Of a stretch of 64,000 bases of DNA, positions 36,901-50,223 are shown piece after piece. Position numbers and translations under genes: made by a program. The notes under the pieces were generated by a model that saw only the letters and a program-made list of their open reading frames with translations, was not told the origin of the DNA and ran no database searches. Numbering within the stretch: the stretch's first letter is position 1; every line of letters starts with the position of its first letter. Source of the stretch: Fimbriosthenelais zetlandica (taxonomy: Eukaryota); NCBI GenBank assembly GCA_977030845.1, contig OZ365115.1:2418001-2482000 (forward strand), given 5' to 3'.

Positions 36901-39144
36901 GAATAAGCCGAATTAACCAAATGATAACGCCGAACAGAAATAAAGGAATAGAAAGTAGAGGGTGCAATCAATCACGCAAATGAAGGGAATAGATTATTCA
37001 AAAGAAAAAAAACAAGGTAATAACGACATACAAGTTAATGACATAATGATAGAAACCAAAGAAGACAATAATAAACAGATTAATAAAAGTAGAAAATAAA
37101 ACAAAACAAAAACCAAGTCTACGATAGTAATAACACAAGGGAATAAAAGAAGAACAATCAGTTTGTCTGTGCCTGTTGTTTGCTGTCAGAGACAGAGAAG
37201 GTTTTTACTGGAGGGAAGAATGAATCTATGACTTTCTACTTCTAGTTTTGTATATATCGACAGCCATTCTGATAGTGTATTGAATATAGCCTTTGTTAGA
37301 GAAACAGAACACAATAATACACTATCATTCCTCGACATAGCTGTATCATATATAGATAAAACTTAAGTTGAATGCCTTAAAAGGGACCCATATGAATCTC
37401 TATACCATAATCTCTACTTTTCCTATTTAAACTGGACTTATGTATTACAAAATATCTTTAGATTCACCTCTTTCCAAAGAGTTTTTTTTTGTAATTGATT
37501 GCACATTCGTTATACAGTAAACTAAATGTAAATCCACACTAAAGCATGTCAACATTTTTTCTCAATGTCCCCCATATTTGATTAAGTCGGTTGACATATA
37601 CCTCTCCAACTCCCCGAACACCACCCATCCACCCACCACCCACCCCCATCCACCCACCACCCACCACCCATCACCCACCACCCACCACCCACCACCCACG
37701 CAGCGATTAGCCCACCTAACCATTTCCTCTCATAAACCCTCCAATGAAATCTGTCCTCTGTCAATGTCAATAAATCCTTAAAGAAAAACACTGGTCATTT
37801 GACATTCTAATTCACCCTTTACTTCTGGTCTCTTTTTGATAAGTCCACTAAAGACTTTCTCTTTCCAACTTTCCCCATTCGCCTCCCTATCCTTCACCTC
37901 CTGCCCCCACACTCATCCATTTGTCTCTCTTTTTCTCCTTCCTGATGCTCTAATCAGTTTCATTTGAAGTCAGTTTCTAGACTTTCCCCTCCACTCCTCT
38001 TCCTCGACTTTCATTTGCTCTGACTTAAACCGGAAATGAATATGGATAACTTCCGCTTGTCCCGAGTTCCTGGCCTCGATCTATGACCGTAGCAGACGTG
38101 GTTCTGCGACATTTTTTTTTTAACCTTCTTGACAAGAGCTGGATCTCTGCGTCATGTTTTGACAAATGCCGCAGCATACTATTACACTGAATGTATGGTA
38201 CTCATAATCATTCTGACATCTGGAGGATTTATCTGCTATATTTCCAACTCAAACTTGCCAGCGAATCGGAGGAAAATGAATGTTTTTTGGGGTGTTGAAA
38301 TATTAACCTGTCTGACCCAAAGTGACATTCCCATTAGCGGCGTATGAAGTATGAGTTGACAGGCAATTAGAAGGATAGATACCAGGCGGGACTCAGTATT
38401 GATCAGTATCAAGCCAGATCATTTGTAGCAAAATGTTGAGGTTTTTTTTCGCCTGGGATACCCTATCCCAGCAAAGCGTCAAGATGAATCGTTCTTTTGC
38501 CAACATTACATGTCCGGGAATACATATAATAATCATCAAGAAAAATATGACTGATAACCATGATGGGGCTCCTCCATTATGACTGTGAAAATGTCTCCTT
38601 AATTTGAAAATGCCCCCATTATGGGAAAATGAGCTTTATATGAACTTATATTGTATAAGCCTTTGCAAATAGCAACAGGCAAGTGCTTGTAAACATTCAT
38701 ATCACATTTCAAAATTGACGTGAGGAAATTGCAAGCTGTTTGCCAGCCTTTGCAAGAGAAAAACAGTAGCCTTTTCAAATCATAGATCTGATGAATACTT
38801 AATTGGATCTTATAGAAGTCTCTATTCGCAGTTAGATGAACATTTCAAATTTTATGTATCTTTGCACAGTTCTATATTATAAGTACAATTCTATACCGAC
38901 AGCTGCCGTCTAAGTAGCCGGCTGTCTATTTTGTATGATATTTGATTATTTATTGAATATGGTAGCTCGTGGTAAGTAATGGTATAGCCACATGGTAGTA
39001 CCATCATCTCCTCCTAGGTGACGCTTTAAACTGACACACGTGACTGACACACGTGTCACGTGGGAGTGACTGAGGTATGACCAGTATACCCATGAGATCA
39101 GCAAAGGCTGCCCAGTGAATTGGATGTCGTCCTAAGGGGGATGG

Positions 39145-39295
39145 AGAATGGATGGGAAGAGAGGGGATGGAGAATGGATGGGAAGAGAGGGGACGGGAAG
39201 AGAAGGGATGGGGAGAGAGGGGATGGGAAGAGAGGGGACGGGAAGAGAAGGGATGGGGAGAGAGGGGATGGGAAGAGAGGGGATGGGAAGAGAGA
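39145..39295. repeat. Purine-rich low-complexity repeat, about 15-bp unit (GGGAAGAGAGGGGAT)
   Basis: Direct inspection. Confidence 0.8.
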
Positions 39296-41103
39296 ACCTC
39301 TTTAGACTGACCACCCCACTTGTGGATCTACTACATGGACATTGATCTGTCTCGAGATTTGATACCGAGGTTTACCTGTACTCAAATTGAGACTGGGTTA
39401 TAAGTTTCTGTTCCCCTTACCTGCATTTGTCCACCTGTCTAATATAGACAGTTGACAGCCGACATCATATAGTAACGTTATTCGTAGCAGGGATGGTGTG
39501 GGCGACGATTCATGTTTCAGTGCAGGAATGAAGACTTATTACTAACTTATTACCGGAAATCACTCCACTGCTTCCTACCCATGGCCAGGGCACTCTGTAG
39601 CGCGATGGGTGGTCATGGTACAATCATCTAATATTGAATTAATATTTAATAATAATTTAACCCCATCCTCGCACCCATTTCCTATTCTTTTAACTGGTAT
39701 GTCAATATTTTCACAGGAAAGATATGACATACCATGATCAAAAGGGCTTCATGTCTTATCAAACAAACAAGACAAATTAGAACCTATTTTCCCTCTTTGC
39801 AAGCCCATGCATTTTTGGTCAACCTAGTTAGCCCTGCTATATATAGATTTCCGATTATAGATCACGTCAACAGAATTAGGGTTGGCTTGGTGGTTTGTGG
39901 ATTGGTTTCATTTCAGCCATTTACCGCTAGGGCATTTATCTTGGAGGGAAACAAATAACTACATTGCCTCCATGGGCCTAATTTGAATAATGGCTCAAAG
40001 AGAGCGATTGATGAGAAGGGATCAGAGCTATACTGCATCAAACCAAACGACACGAATGTCATTTGTCCTGCTCATTTTGGAGGCTTAAAGGAGCAATCTC
40101 AGCACTTAACTCAGCACTCTTCATATTTGGATTGCTGGAGAGTATACTTTTCCACACGCGCTCAGACTTGATTTTGGGCGTGATAAAGGCACTGGGATCA
40201 AGGAAGATGAAAGGGCCTTTAAATAGATCACCAGTTAATAGATTGGGAAGTTCTGAAGAGCATGTACAGGTCATATATACAAAGGTATAGATCCACTGTG
40301 GGCTTAAAGGAATACAGGCATCGGTATAACTACAAGTATACACTGACGGATCAATGCTCAGATTCGGGGTGGGTGTGTGTGGCAGCAACCCCCACGTATA
40401 CCAATTAAAATGTGGACAAAAGATGAGAAGAAGAAAAAGCTTTGAAGTATAGCTATTTTTAAAACATTTCCTAAGTCACTGGTACTATCAATTAAATGTC
40501 TCTCAAAACAGGGCATTTACTTTGAGGATCCTCATAATTCGACCAAGTGGATCATGGGAAAACTACTATAGGTACACACACTAGGAAATATTGTAGTATT
40601 ATACCGTATCAGGAGACAGCTGCTTATACACACACTAAAAGTATTCTTTGTAACTGTTAAGTGCTTTATATGCCACACTGTATTGTACTAATAAGTTTAT
40701 AACCAGATGCAACATTAACATTAATCGTTATTGCTCATATCAGAGAGACTATACACCACCCTGGTGAAGTTTCTCTGCTCATATTAAGTGAAAGACCAAT
40801 TAAAATAATTGTCTGCACACTTTATTGTGTTCCTTACACGCTTAAAAACAGCAACAGTCTAGTCTGAAATAACGTCCCTGTCATTACTGCTGTTAATCAA
40901 TAAAATATAACAAAAACACATCATAAAATGAAGGTCTTGTCCGTGACAACAAATAGCAGCACTTCCTGATAAAACAGAGCGGCAACCTGTGTGTGCTTGC
41001 TTTGAATATAAGCAAAGCTTATTGTACAAGTGTCAAAAACACAATGTAAACTTCCCATACAATTACATAGAGATTGAAAAAAGTGGCCATTAAGGGAGGC
41101 TAA

Positions 41104-41314
41104 AGCCGGGACTCCACTGCGGTGATTTTGCTTGCGACACTACTGCAACAAAGGTGATGCTTGTGAAGTTGTGTAAGAATAAAATTTATAAATTGTGGTT
41201 CAAGTGTCTAAGGCCTTAAGGCCGTCCTCCAATGGTAAATTTATCATTGAAACACAAGCATCACCTTTGTCGCAGACATGTCGCAAGCAAAATCACAGCA
41301 GTGGAGTCCCGGCT
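41104..41314. mobile_element. MITE family A, copy 2, TAA target-site duplication
   Basis: TAA|AGCCGGGACTCCACTGC ... GCAGTGGAGTCCCGGCT|TAA; near-identical to 28182-28384. Confidence 0.88.
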
Positions 41315-43060
41315 TAATAGATATTATGCTGTATTATTCATGCAGCAGACCGGGCAAGTTTTTGTTGGGAGGACGTCCCGGAAGTGGATGTTTAGTCACG
41401 TGACTATTTTGTTGACGTCATTTCCGCTATGTACGGTAGAGTGTGTGGGGAGGAGGGAGGTGGTAAGTGGATTGGTGTGCAGACATAGAAACACTAACTC
41501 TGATCGACAACGAGGCTCTCATCACGTGATTCTACGTCGGGAAGATTAGCCAGTTGTCATTTTTCTCCGTGAGAGGTCACTGGTTATTCTGACACGGAAA
41601 CACGTGGTTATTGATAGGCTCAAAATTATAATGTCCGACCCAGTTAGGTTCTGACAGTCAGGGCCAAATGGGGAGGTGGGAAAGGGCAATCGACGAGGGA
41701 AAAGAGACCTACAGGGAAATGTAAAGGGGGAGGGTAGAAGAACTGGACGAAAACAAAGCGGAAAGGACTGAATGAAGATAAATAACATTGTTATTCAGAG
41801 CTGTTTGGCATTTGAAGTCGTGGCAACAGTTGGTGGTCTGGTGGTCATGCATGATCCAGGCAGCAGTAGATCTATTACACACCTCTCACCATGCCATCAC
41901 AACTGTCACAACCAAACCTCCTCTGCATTCCGAATAGCCCAGTTTCACTTTTCAAACTGTTTTATACTAATAAAACTATTCTTTCCGCAAAACTTTTAGA
42001 ATGTCCTCCCCATCCATCCTGTCCCTGTTTGGCGTTCTCACTCTATAGAATGCCTATATTGATTTCATGTAATTCCATGATGTCTCCGAGTAAAAGCAAA
42101 CCTAGCAGCCTCACCATGGAGATACGTAACATTAGCCCAGGAGGATCCACCGTTTGTGACATGCCCATTGTTCCCATGGTAACGGCTTTTATGAGCGTTA
42201 TATTTGATGTTCGTGTCACATGACAGGCTCCGACTAAAAAGGCAATGATTCCCAATAAAACAGGCGGGAAAAATAGGCTGATGTTGTATGTATAGGCCCT
42301 GTATGTTTTCGACCTACATATTATTTTCTTTATCACCTTCATAAACACATGTTTAAAACATTCATATCGTAAATCGCACCCCCAGCATCATCGTATAGGA
42401 AACCCCCTGCAGCAGTGTTACCCTAGAAAATCCAGTGGAGCATCCCCATTAACAACCGGGATGGATTTTACCATACTTTTGTCACAAGCTCGCCATTTTA
42501 ACGTCATATTTTCACAAATGTTAGCCATATCTTTAACGTAAAAACACTGTAAATATAAAATACTTTAGTAAGTAACAGGCATAAATTGCACAGTAAGAAA
42601 GCTGAACTGTCCATATCAAAATAAATAGTTGAATAAAACCTTGAATAAATGATTATATGGAATGGTCTCAATGTGCTCAATAGTCACAGAGTGAAACACA
42701 GCCATGTCGTATTTTCTGTCTTGATGGCTAATGCCACCCCCACTCAGAAATAAGGAAAGCATTTTCAGTCATATCTTCATTGAATAGCATTAATAATTTG
42801 CCATTCACCAGCTAGTGTGAGCAGAGATGAATTAATGATATTAATCCCCCATAACAACCTTCAGCATTTCATTCCCTTCTGGGACACGTTTTCACTCATT
42901 TAAAAATGAAGATCTAGAGATAATTGGCATTACTGGCGCTGGCGGCGATCCTGAAACGAACCAAGGAGCGGCAGGACCGCCTGAGACATCTAGACATCCA
43001 ATCACCAGGCCTGAAAGCAGGCCACTCATTCCTTTCCTTCAGACTGTGTTTTTTTTCCAG

Positions 43061-43128
43061 ATCTCAAACTGATTAAATTGAAAGTCATTTTGTGTAAGAC
43101 GCAGAATCTATCTCATTAGTTTAGATGG
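43061..43128 (+). other. Candidate 68-nt upstream exon, possibly 5'-UTR of the GPCR
   Basis: Strong acceptor (TGTTTTTTTTCCAG|) and donor (ATGG|GTGAGT), on the same strand as the GPCR and about 3 kb upstream of its acceptor. Linkage to the GPCR is not demonstrated. Confidence 0.3.
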
Positions 43129-44023
43129 GTGAGTTTGAGAAGGAAGTGTAGGAGTGGGAGTTGAGAATAGTGGACTCTCAATCTCAGATCTCCACAGATG
43201 ATATGACTGAGTGTCCGACCCGCGGGGCTTTGCCCCCACAAAAGGCCCTCCACAAGGCTTTTAAAAGGGCTTTTAAGCGCAGCTGCACTGCGCATGTGTG
43301 CCGTGATTATGCCCTGCTCCAGGGACCTCTAGTGTCAATATTTGGCATGGGGGCGTGGTGGGGGCGTGGTGGGAAGACCGGGTCGGGATGGCAGAGTGGG
43401 AACCCTTTTTTGTCGTTTTCTCTTTGCCTTTTTGTCCTCTTTCTTTTTTGTCAGTAGTTTGGAGTGGTCGAGGGGCAAGTGGGCGTGTGAATGTACTTAT
43501 ATACTCCAGGAGCGTATAAATGATTGTATTGTGAATGTACTTTATACTCCAGGACCGTATAAATGATTGTATTGATGAGTGAATACTTTATTTAAACGTC
43601 CAGTCTGTGATTATTCAGCTTAAGAAGGAAAGACAGTCAGCACACAATGGCCTGCTATACATTTTCCATTCTCGCACGGTTCTTTCACATTGTATCTCAC
43701 TACTGCATGTCACATGCACCGAGAGTCATAACACAGTAAAAACACATAGGTCAGGACAAACATTCACTGACTTCTCCATAACTCACGCAACTTGTCCATG
43801 TAGTATTACCCGAGGTCCCACCAACACTGGGGGTTTCCTTCTACTGAATTTAAGGTATAGAAAACGTGCAAGTGGAACAGAAAGAAGGAAAAGAAGCAGC
43901 GTAAGGATAAAAGGAGGGCGGGCAGAGGGGACAGGTGTGTTTGAGATGTCCATGTCAAGAGGATTGGTACCTGGAGGAAGAGTGGACACAGGACAGAGCA
44001 GTACATACCCTCAAAGACAGCTG

Positions 44024-44086
44024 ACCACCACCATGGCTGACCACCACCATGGCTGACCACCACCATGGCTGACCACCACCATGGCT
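44024..44086. repeat. 16-bp tandem repeat (CTGACCACCACCATGG), about 4 copies
   Basis: Direct inspection. Confidence 0.8.
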
Positions 44087-44289
44087 CGCCGTGCCGCGAT
44101 ATGGCATCCGTAGTCCAGGAAGGGCGAAAGACAATCACGACTATCCTGGCACTAATCAAAGTTTATCCAAAAATTTATTTTTGCGTGAACGAAAGAAAGA
44201 CATTGAACTGACAGGATCAGTGACTAAAGAGAATCACTATGTATAACTGTGATCAGCAATGGGCTCATTGTACAACCATAGGCTAGTTA

Positions 44290-44500
44290 AGCCGGGAATA
44301 TACTAATCCGATTCTCCAATCCGTCGCCATCCGATACCCTATTTCTAATGACATCTAAAGATTGAAATTTTGTCAGTGGTTAGCCCTACCTAGGTATAAA
44401 GGATGTTTCAAATTACAAGCATTTGGTGTGAATAGAAATATAGTTTCGGACAGCTATCGGATGGCTCCGGATAGAGAATCGGATTAGTGTATTCCTGGCT
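44290..44500. mobile_element. MITE family B, copy 2, TTA target-site duplication (PIF/Harbinger-like)
   Basis: TTA|AGCCGGGAATATACTAATCCGATTCTC ... GAGAATCGGATTAGTGTATTCCTGGCT|TTA. Confidence 0.85.
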
Positions 44501-46115
44501 TTACTGTTGTACAATGACCAATACGGATAGAGTATGATATTCTTAAATATGCTAAGAGAAAAAGTAAATGTGACTTTGAGATTTATGACTGTGAATGATA
44601 GTTCAATGTAATGCCATGCAGGTAGCATACACTATCCACATATTGGTCAGCAAAAAAACTATTTCGCTGCATGACTTCAAAAGGAAATTAGGAATCCTGT
44701 GTGATGGACTAAAGGGAAATAATGCCCATGGATGTGCTGCTGCCTATAAAAGCTATTGATGGTACAGGGAGAGCTAGTACCCTGGAGGCTGCAACTTGTA
44801 TGAACTTTGTGATGTGTAGAATAGGCAGAGTTACAAGCCTCTGTATATGAAGATCAAAGCTTTGTTATTCTCACTTTTCGTGGTCTTGAAACAGTATCCA
44901 CATTGAAAATCACGCCTGCACAAAGTTAAGCAATTTATTTTAGAAATTTGAAGAAACTTTGATTTTAAAGAACATTTTCATCTAATCATCTATTTGATTT
45001 GCATTTGATTTTATCAATCGTCTAGCTGACAAGACACAGATATCAAATTCTCTAGACTCGCCTGCTATTCCCTCAATTATAATGGGGTCTTGCAGCACTT
45101 GTGGTTTATGCTATATAGTCTGTGAAAGGAAACAAAGACAAAAACGTTCAACTACAAGATCTGCCATCAGCCGTCAGCCGTAAAAAGCTCCCCCATCAGT
45201 GAAGCTATATTGCCTATATTAAGTATGGAGAGGGTGTATAACTGGTATGAGCTACATTATACAGAATGAGGAGAGCGCCTGGTATGATCAAAGACTAAAT
45301 GGAGCTCACTATTAAAGCACATCAATCAGTGTGTGTGTCAGTCCATCAACACCAAAGCCACTCACTGGGTGAGAAACAGGGGGCAGAGATTTAGTCTCTC
45401 TACTTCTCTCTCAAGGTGAAAAATGGATTTAGAGAAGATGGGGGATTAAATTCCAGCTTTGTCTGAATCTACTTATCCCTTCATTCCTTTATCTTGCCCA
45501 CGCAGGCCTTCCATGTTACTTGATTGTCAATAACCAACTTCTACAGGGATTACAAAGTCATCACTGCTGAGGCCCGCATCTAGGATTTTCCACAAGAAAA
45601 AAGTCAAATAGTGTTAGGCCTGAGGTTCGTTAACTGTTTTGGGCAGATGACACACAGGGTTGTACCTCAGGGATGCACTTTGAATCCAATACTGATGTAG
45701 AAGTATCGAATCTTGGGAAATGAAAATAATGTAATGCTTATTACAGTACATTTGAATCAATCTTTTTTTCAATTTTAGTATTTTTCATCGTGCTGATCCT
45801 CATAGAATAATTACCTGTAAATTTGTGCATAAGACCAGTTTCATCAGCCAGTTTTGTGTGTTTTGCTGAAGAGGGTGTCAAATGCTTTCTTGAAGTCTAT
45901 AAATCTGTCATTTAGCTTCGATTGGGAGTAGTAGTGGGAATTATTGGTCAGATTATGGTTACGTAGACCTATAATTGTGCAACGACCCCTTTGTGCGTTG
46001 TTGCTGTAATTGAATTATTACATAGAGTTACTATATCTGTTTTCCCACTCTGATTATTATAATAGTGTGATTTTTCTTGCTGTTTTTCAGATCAAACTTC
46101 AGCTATGATGACTTG

Positions 46116-47294
46116 ATGGCGTGGAGTACGCAGGCAGTTGGTTTATTACCGAGTGGTGCCAGTCTTTCTGGTGGTGCCGGTGGTCTCCCACCACCACCCG
46201 CACCACCACTTCTACAATCCGGGATGGATCTGTTACTCCAGGACCAGCCAGATTACCCGGGGTCTGTGGTGGCTCAGGTAGACGCTAACCTCTCAGCACC
46301 CCACGCTGCTGGAGGAACGTCCGGGGATGCTGGAGCAGGGGGAGGGCGGTCCCTGGAGGAGATCATCTCTATAGGCTGTGTATTAAGTGTATTAGACATC
46401 ACTACTGTCCTCGGTAACTTACTCGTCTGTGTTACCATTTTGGTTCAGCGTCGACTCCGGAACTCCACCAACTATTTCATCTTCTCCCTGGCTCTCTCTG
46501 ATCTGCTCCTGGGGATCCTGGTGCTACCGTTCAGTACTATAAACACCCTAGTCACCGCCTGGCCACTGGGGAGTACCTTCTGTAATATATTCATATCTAC
46601 TGATGTCATGTTATGTACTGTGTCTATACTTAATCTCTTCGCTATCAGTCTGGAGCGATACTTCGCCGTCAGTAACCCACTCCACTACAGTCAGTTTATG
46701 ACGTTTCGAGTTGTCATGGTCATCGTTGGTTCCATCTGGATCTTTTCCTTCATCATGGCCTTTGTGCCTATACACCTGGGTTGGAACACGGTAGACGGCA
46801 ACCTACAGAACGTTAAACAGCCTGAGATGTGTCTGTTTGAGAGTAACATCGTCTATGTGTTATTAGTGTCAGTAGGGACGTACTTTGTACCACTAGTTGT
46901 CATGTGTGTCGTCTATGTTAAAGTGTTCATGATCGCACGTGATCAAGTTCAGCGAATTAATCAGTTAGTTAAACAAACCATCAGTGTGTTCCACAAGCAG
47001 GATAATGACCCCAGACTGGCCAGTGACAGCAAGGCTACTGTCACACTGGCGTCTGTTGTGACAGCCTTCGCCATATGCTGGATTCCTTACTTTGTCATCT
47101 TCACTGCTAGGCCGTTCTTGGCGTCTGGCGTCGACCCCAACCTCGACTTGTTCGCTCTGTGGTTGGGGTACATCAACTCCATGTTAAATCCATTCCTCTA
47201 TGCCTTCCATAGTAATAGCTTCAGGCGAGGGTTCGTCTCAGTGCTCACGAGGAAACCCATGAGAGACGAATTTGATCCTGGACAATATGTCTGA
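46116..47294 (+). CDS. Class A aminergic GPCR, histamine H2 receptor-like; the N-terminus may extend into an upstream exon
   Basis: Seven hydrophobic segments. TM3 DVMLCTVSILNLFAISLERY retains Asp3.32 and is close to vertebrate H2 [20 protein letters not shown]. Other H2-like segments are IHLGWN after TM4, ARDQVQRIN in ICL3, KATVTLA..V..AF.ICW.PYF in TM6 and WLGY.NS.LNP.LY in TM7. Acceptor TTTTTCAG| at 46090/46091; the first in-frame ATG is at 46116. No gene symbol is given because orthology was not tested. Confidence 0.93.
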   Translation: MAWSTQAVGLLPSGASLSGGAGGLPPPPAPPLLQSGMDLLLQDQPDYPGSVVAQVDANLSAPHAAGGTSGDAGAGGGRSLEEIISIGCVLSVLDITTVLGNLLVCVTILVQRRLRNSTNYFIFSLALSDLLLGILVLPFSTINTLVTAWPLGSTFCNIFISTDVMLCTVSILNLFAISLERYFAVSNPLHYSQFMTFRVVMVIVGSIWIFSFIMAFVPIHLGWNTVDGNLQNVKQPEMCLFESNIVYVLLVSVGTYFVPLVVMCVVYVKVFMIARDQVQRINQLVKQTISVFHKQDNDPRLASDSKATVTLASVVTAFAICWIPYFVIFTARPFLASGVDPNLDLFALWLGYINSMLNPFLYAFHSNSFRRGFVSVLTRKPMRDEFDPGQYV

Positions 47295-50122
47295 ATCAAT
47301 TAGCATTAATATTCTCAAACAAAATCAAATGTCATGTGAAAGTGTCCGTCAATATTATGATGTTAGTTATGATAAAACTAAAATAACGATTCCCAGGGAA
47401 GTGAGATATAGTAGATACCTCCTGTAACATGCTGTTATCACATACAGGGTGCACAGACTGAGAAAAAGCAATTCTGGATGGCAGAACTAGTCAATGTTTC
47501 TGGAAACTTCTGCAGTCCAAAACTTTGTCATTACCAGACTAAACTATACTCAACAACATACATTCTGTCAGATGTTCAGATGTTGTATCAGTGTAGCTTT
47601 GATGGGGTCTAACTGATGCTATCATATAGCAGGATGGAAAGTTGGGCCACTACTTCATTCATTCCATCAGAGATACTCGAGTTGCGTTAATTTATAGTTG
47701 TCCAGGGTGATTTAACACTGGATTTGACTGAATCTCTGTACTTAGGGTAAAATGTATACATTCAGAATATTATAAGTACATTACGGCTATTCTACGTATT
47801 ATTATAATGTACAGGTTCCATAATCTGTTTTAAAAAAGGGCTGCCTTTAAACCTGCAGATCTATAGCTTTGTTTTAAAGTGTATATTATTAAAGGCAGCA
47901 TTGTGATAGAAAGGTCTATAGATATAGGTGTATGTAGGATGGTGGCTATTACTAAGTCTTGTAGAATTTTTAGAAAAGCCAACTGGTGCAACTTTCTGTA
48001 TAATTTCCTGTCGATTTCACTAGATGAGATACCAAGAACGCTTAGTCCTAATTTCTTTAGGATTGAGGTCCAAAATAAGATGGAATTTCTACAAAAATAT
48101 CAAGCCAAGCAAGAACATTCAAGAAAGTAAATGATATGAAAGGGTAACTTTATCTAATAATATAATAAGGATAAGAAGACCAATTTTAAATGTAATGAAT
48201 ATAGTAATATATGACATACAGCATAGTTGTATCAATATTTTTATTTAGCCTTCGATAGGTCTTCAGAGGTTGATGGTATAGAATCCATCTGAGACTGAAC
48301 ACTTCTATATTTTTATCTAATGTCTGTCTAAAGTATTAATGTGTCATGACAACCTGTCAGTAAGCAATAAATATTAAACTATTGAAACATATTTTAACTG
48401 TGATATTCTTCTTTGTTTATTGACCAAGTTATTTATGGAACAACAAGAAAAAGAGGCATACACATATTACCTAGAGAGAACTGAGCTATGGGAAGAGTGG
48501 ACCTCGAGAGGAAGAGAAGGAGAAAAGGATTGGAAGGGGAAAAAAGGAAAAATGAAATAAGGCCTACCGCGAATGTACAGACACAAGTTGTTGTAGACCA
48601 TGACATAACTTAGAACCTTAACACCAATATTTACTATTAGTAAACGTTGATGAATAGCTATTGGTAACTTTGGAAAGAAGATGTAGACACCCAGAGATTT
48701 GGGAACCTGATGGTGTTCTATCTATCGCTGTTTCCTCCTTGGATTTCGGGCACGGGACATCGTGATATATTGAGCCGCTCATGAGTTACAAGTGAGCGAG
48801 AGTAGCTCCTCCCACTAACCCGCCATACCTGTCAATCATGATACGTCGCCTCGCAGACAGTGGGGGATGGCGTACGTGGCTTGTCACCATAGACACAACT
48901 CATCAGCTACAGCTTAGTGAACGGAGCCTGAGAGAGCGGGACATGGTAATCAATATAAATAGAGGTGACAGGTAAGGACCTAAACACAGATAGAGAAAGG
49001 CTGAATCAATAACAAATGCCTCATACAAGCGGCCAGTATTTGGTTTATGTGAGTTATACAGAGCTTGTTCCGAATCCAAGGAGAAAGGACAACTTTCTGT
49101 TGCCAAGGACAATTAATCATGGGCCATGAAACTACAATTACGACTCACTAAAGCGAGCATCTACTTAAATTAATGCGAGCACAATATGGTCTGAAACTAA
49201 TCCTAAAAGAAAGAGAAGACCAAAAATTTAGGCAGCATAGGTGAGTATTTTCTGTGGTGGTTCCCCTATAGGACAGTGCGTAGCGGAGTCCGTGGGCGAT
49301 CAATATACTATTTCGTTTATCTCAGCTTCGAGATAGAACTTTGAAATGATGTTTTTCTTAATAAATCCAATAAATTAGTAGCCGAGATATGCAGACTCGA
49401 AAAACTGATGATGTGGACTTTTTGGGACAATAGTGCTAGTAGGAGTCATGCAGGTTTATTGTGAGTGCCCCCACCCCGGCCCCCCCGCCACACTTTCCCC
49501 AGAGTTTCCATGTCCACTAAAAACACAGAATGATGGCTACTTTGAAATATCGAACAACACCCCGCTTCCATATACAGTGAAGTCACATGCATGGACGGGT
49601 CAATATTACAAATGGGTGTGATATCCAAGTACATTACAGTCTAATGGATATCAAATGTGAACTTAAGTTCAAACAAGAGTGGCTGGAATTGATAAGCAAA
49701 AGGCATTCACCTGAAGTCAATACCGTGCAGTCATTCCCTCCTTTTTAAGCTAGAATATTTATGGATGTTTCATCATTGGTGCAAGCCTTACGCTGGATTT
49801 CTCAAGGAGAGAACCAGCAGTGAAAATACCATTGGATTACTTGGTGGGTTATGAACGCCCATCCAGGCTGCAGTCACTGTCAATCCCATCAGTGATCTGG
49901 GGCCTATTTCAAAAGAAAATTAGCAATGCTAAGTCTATGGCTGATATATTCGTTTTGAAATGGGCTCCTGGTGCTGCACATATATAGGGCTAACCAGCTG
50001 GATTCGTATAATTTCAAAATTATTCTGATAATTAGCAGTATAATAAACCGTGTTCTTTTAAATGACTCCACGGCTACGGCTACGGATTATGTGAACTGAA
50101 ACTTTGTACATGAATGAGGTAA

Positions 50123-50223
50123 AAGTTAACATTCATTATCCAACTTAACATTCATTATTCAAAGTTAACATTCATTATCCAGCTTAACATTCATTATCCA
50201 ACTTAACATTCATTATCCAACTT
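50123..50223. repeat. 19-bp minisatellite (AACTTAACATTCATTATCC), about 5 copies
   Basis: Direct inspection. Confidence 0.88.

Noticed and set aside
44024-44086. Repeated Kozak-like CCACCATGG as multiple start sites
   Set aside because: It is part of a 16-bp tandem repeat in which ATG GCT GAC leads to no credible coding sequence or splice structure.
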